NCBI GenBank assembly: GCA_035084275.1
Contig: CM068757.1
Coordinates: forward strand, 3,038,001 to 3,102,000
Origin: Hydrolagus colliei
Taxonomy: Eukaryota
Reading direction: 5' to 3'
Length of the DNA: 64,000 bases
The translations under genes and the position numbers were made by a program. Of this stretch, positions 61,863 to 64,000 are shown piece after piece. The notes under the pieces were generated by a model. It searched no databases, was not told where the DNA came from, and saw only the letters and a program-made list of their open reading frames with translations. Numbering within the stretch: the stretch's first letter is position 1; each line of letters opens with the position of its first letter.

Positions 61863-62494
61863 ATACTTCAGATACAGTGAGAAGAGAAATTGAACCAAAA
61901 CATAGGGGAAGATAACCATTACAAAACAGTAGGCACATCCACCATATATTCATGGAAGGTAAAGCAGAATAGTATATTCTATATATTGAGCAGATTAGTA
62001 AGTATATAGAAGCCCTATACACATGTAATTCCATTGTTGTTATTGTAGAAGCATCACGTATTATAAGGAAGTACAGTATTTTATATCACACTATGATTGC
62101 TCACACTGTTTGATATTGTGTTCGATATGGTGCCTTTCACGCTGGGGAGAACTTCTCAAAGCACTACACAGGATTTACATTTAAGTATAGTGATTGAAGT
62201 GTTTTGCAGGTAGTGCAGCAGACAATTTGGGCATGGCAATGTCATGGATACAATAATCTTTCTAATACTCGCTTTACGTTTGTTGATGAAAAAAATCTTC
62301 ATGAAAAGTGCCAACCACTTCCTTTCCCAAAGTAATTTTGCAGGTCGTTAATTAATGGGACATTGTCAAGAACTGCAACATTGCACATTTTAATTTCATA
62401 ATGAACCAACCTCGTCAGCTATTCAAACTATTTGTAGCACATCTTGCAATATTTTAACATTAATTGCTAAGATTAAGCTATGTGGGTACATGAC

Positions 62495-62960
62495 AAGATT
62501 AAGGAAGACAAATAGCATTCAAAGAGATTTGCTCTAATTAAGCAAATGGGCGAAGAATCCGGCAGATAGATCTTGAATGTGAACAAATGTGAATTAATAC
62601 AGATTGTAAATGGAACTGTGTACACCTGTTAAAGGACTGTCTATTAAAAAGGGGGAAATGAAGTGGGAATTTGGATGTGATTAGTGATTACTCACAGATC
62701 ATTTCAAATTATTGTGAAGCTGATATCAACAATTATCATGAATTCTGATGGCTCGAAATGTCAAGACATTTTCCACAAGTTTGAACAGGCCATCGAGGAG
62801 GGTATATATCACATATTTGCGTATTTATGAGTGCACGATCTTCAAAAAGTGATTGTTTATCAGCAAGGGTTCAGAGAAGAGCCAGATGTAGAACTCTAAA
62901 TTATAAGGCGGTCACAAAACTGAAATTATTTTCATGAGAGAAAGAACGATTGAACAATTT
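62495..62960 (+). mobile_element. Highly degraded CR1 ORF2 fragment
   Basis: ttcaaagagattt...aagcaaatgggc...ggcagat...aatgtgaacaaatgtgaa and agggttcagagaagagcc resemble CR1 motifs. Confidence 0.55.
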
Positions 62961-64000
62961 AAGTCGTCAAAATACCAAGAGGTTCAGATAAATTCGCAAT
63001 AGTGCCCTTTTCCTACACACCACATGGCAATTACATTGCATATTTTCAAAATGGCGAAACTATTTTCCAGCAGTTCCCAATGGAGACGTTGGGTGTGATC
63101 ACACAATCAGTATCAAGCAAGGGCCACCACTGATGGAATACCTTCACTTGAGCGAGTAGAGACCATGTACTGGCACTCGGAAATCTCCTGGGTGCATGGA
63201 ATAGATTAAAACTTGGCAGACAATCATCCTGTCTGATGACCTTGCACAAACTGGACCCAACAGATTCCCGCAATCTCCTTACTGTTTGCACTGTTTGACC
63301 ACAGGAGCCAATGTAAGTGTTATGGATTTTTCCATGTTCAGAAAGCCGCAAGTCTGAAACCAAAACCCCTCCAAATTACTGCAAATTTACATCGGGACGA
63401 TTAGTATCTGATAAAGGAGAAGTGTGGAGGGGAGAAAGAGATGTGGGTTTGGGTTGGGGGGCGGGGAGGGGATGCGGGCTGGTTGGTGCTATAACGTTCT
63501 AGAACCAAAACGTGCACGTATTTTCTTTTCTATAGTGGATCTCCACCATTTATTCTGGTAAAATTAGATAAGCCTTCGCTGACTAATGACATGCAGAATC
63601 CTTTGCAGCTTTCAATCTGACACTGGGAGCTTTGGAAGATCAGGGTGTTTGATGGGGAGGTCAATGCCCATTTTTTAGGAAGAGAGAATGTAATACAGTG
63701 CAACCTTTGCATATCCACAGGGATTCCTGCATTCATCAGAACACAGGAAGAAAAACAAAACCACTGAATCAATAGGAATTGAAGCTTTCATTGTTTTTGG
63801 CACAGTCTGTATTCCTTCCTCAAATGACTCATGTTTCTAGAATCTAAACATTACTCATGCATCACAATAATGACAATTCATGTTGATAAGGTAACTGAAG
63901 ACTTTATTTTACCAGATTCCGTTTTTTTTGGAGGGCGGGGAGAGAAATTAGCAAATTTTAAAAAACTGATTTCCATACTTGGTGCATCTTCACATATGGG

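Noticed and set aside
16400-64000. CCDC179 or LUZP2 exons expected from human synteny
   Set aside because: No recognisable matching peptide found by eye; absence cannot be proven without tBLASTn.

Overview
Eukaryotic (vertebrate) genomic DNA, AT-rich, with one 518-N assembly gap (15116-15633). The repeat complement (tRNA-head/Deu-domain/L2-tail SINE, CR1, L2, Penelope) points to a cartilaginous fish, probably a chimaera such as Callorhinchus; this is an inference. Two genes are well supported: the last coding exon of GAS2 (+, 1431-1679) and the complete four-exon, 80-aa SVIP gene (-, 15866 to 11559) with a CpG-island promoter. They are convergent, as in human 11p14. The remaining ~48 kb has no recognisable protein-coding gene and is dominated by retroposon fragments plus two nested DNA-transposon MITEs (pogo/Tigger-like and hAT-Charlie-like). 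I did not find a demonstrably new biological system. The best leads are: a 400-bp near-identical dispersed duplication downstream of GAS2; a four-tier G-quadruplex motif 11 nt before the SVIP AUG; a minisatellite built from SINE tails; MITEs nested in SINEs; an orphan RFX-type promoter-like cluster; and a speculative spliced micro-ORF near 58 kb. Repeat boundaries were read by eye and are approximate unless TSD/TIR coordinates are given.
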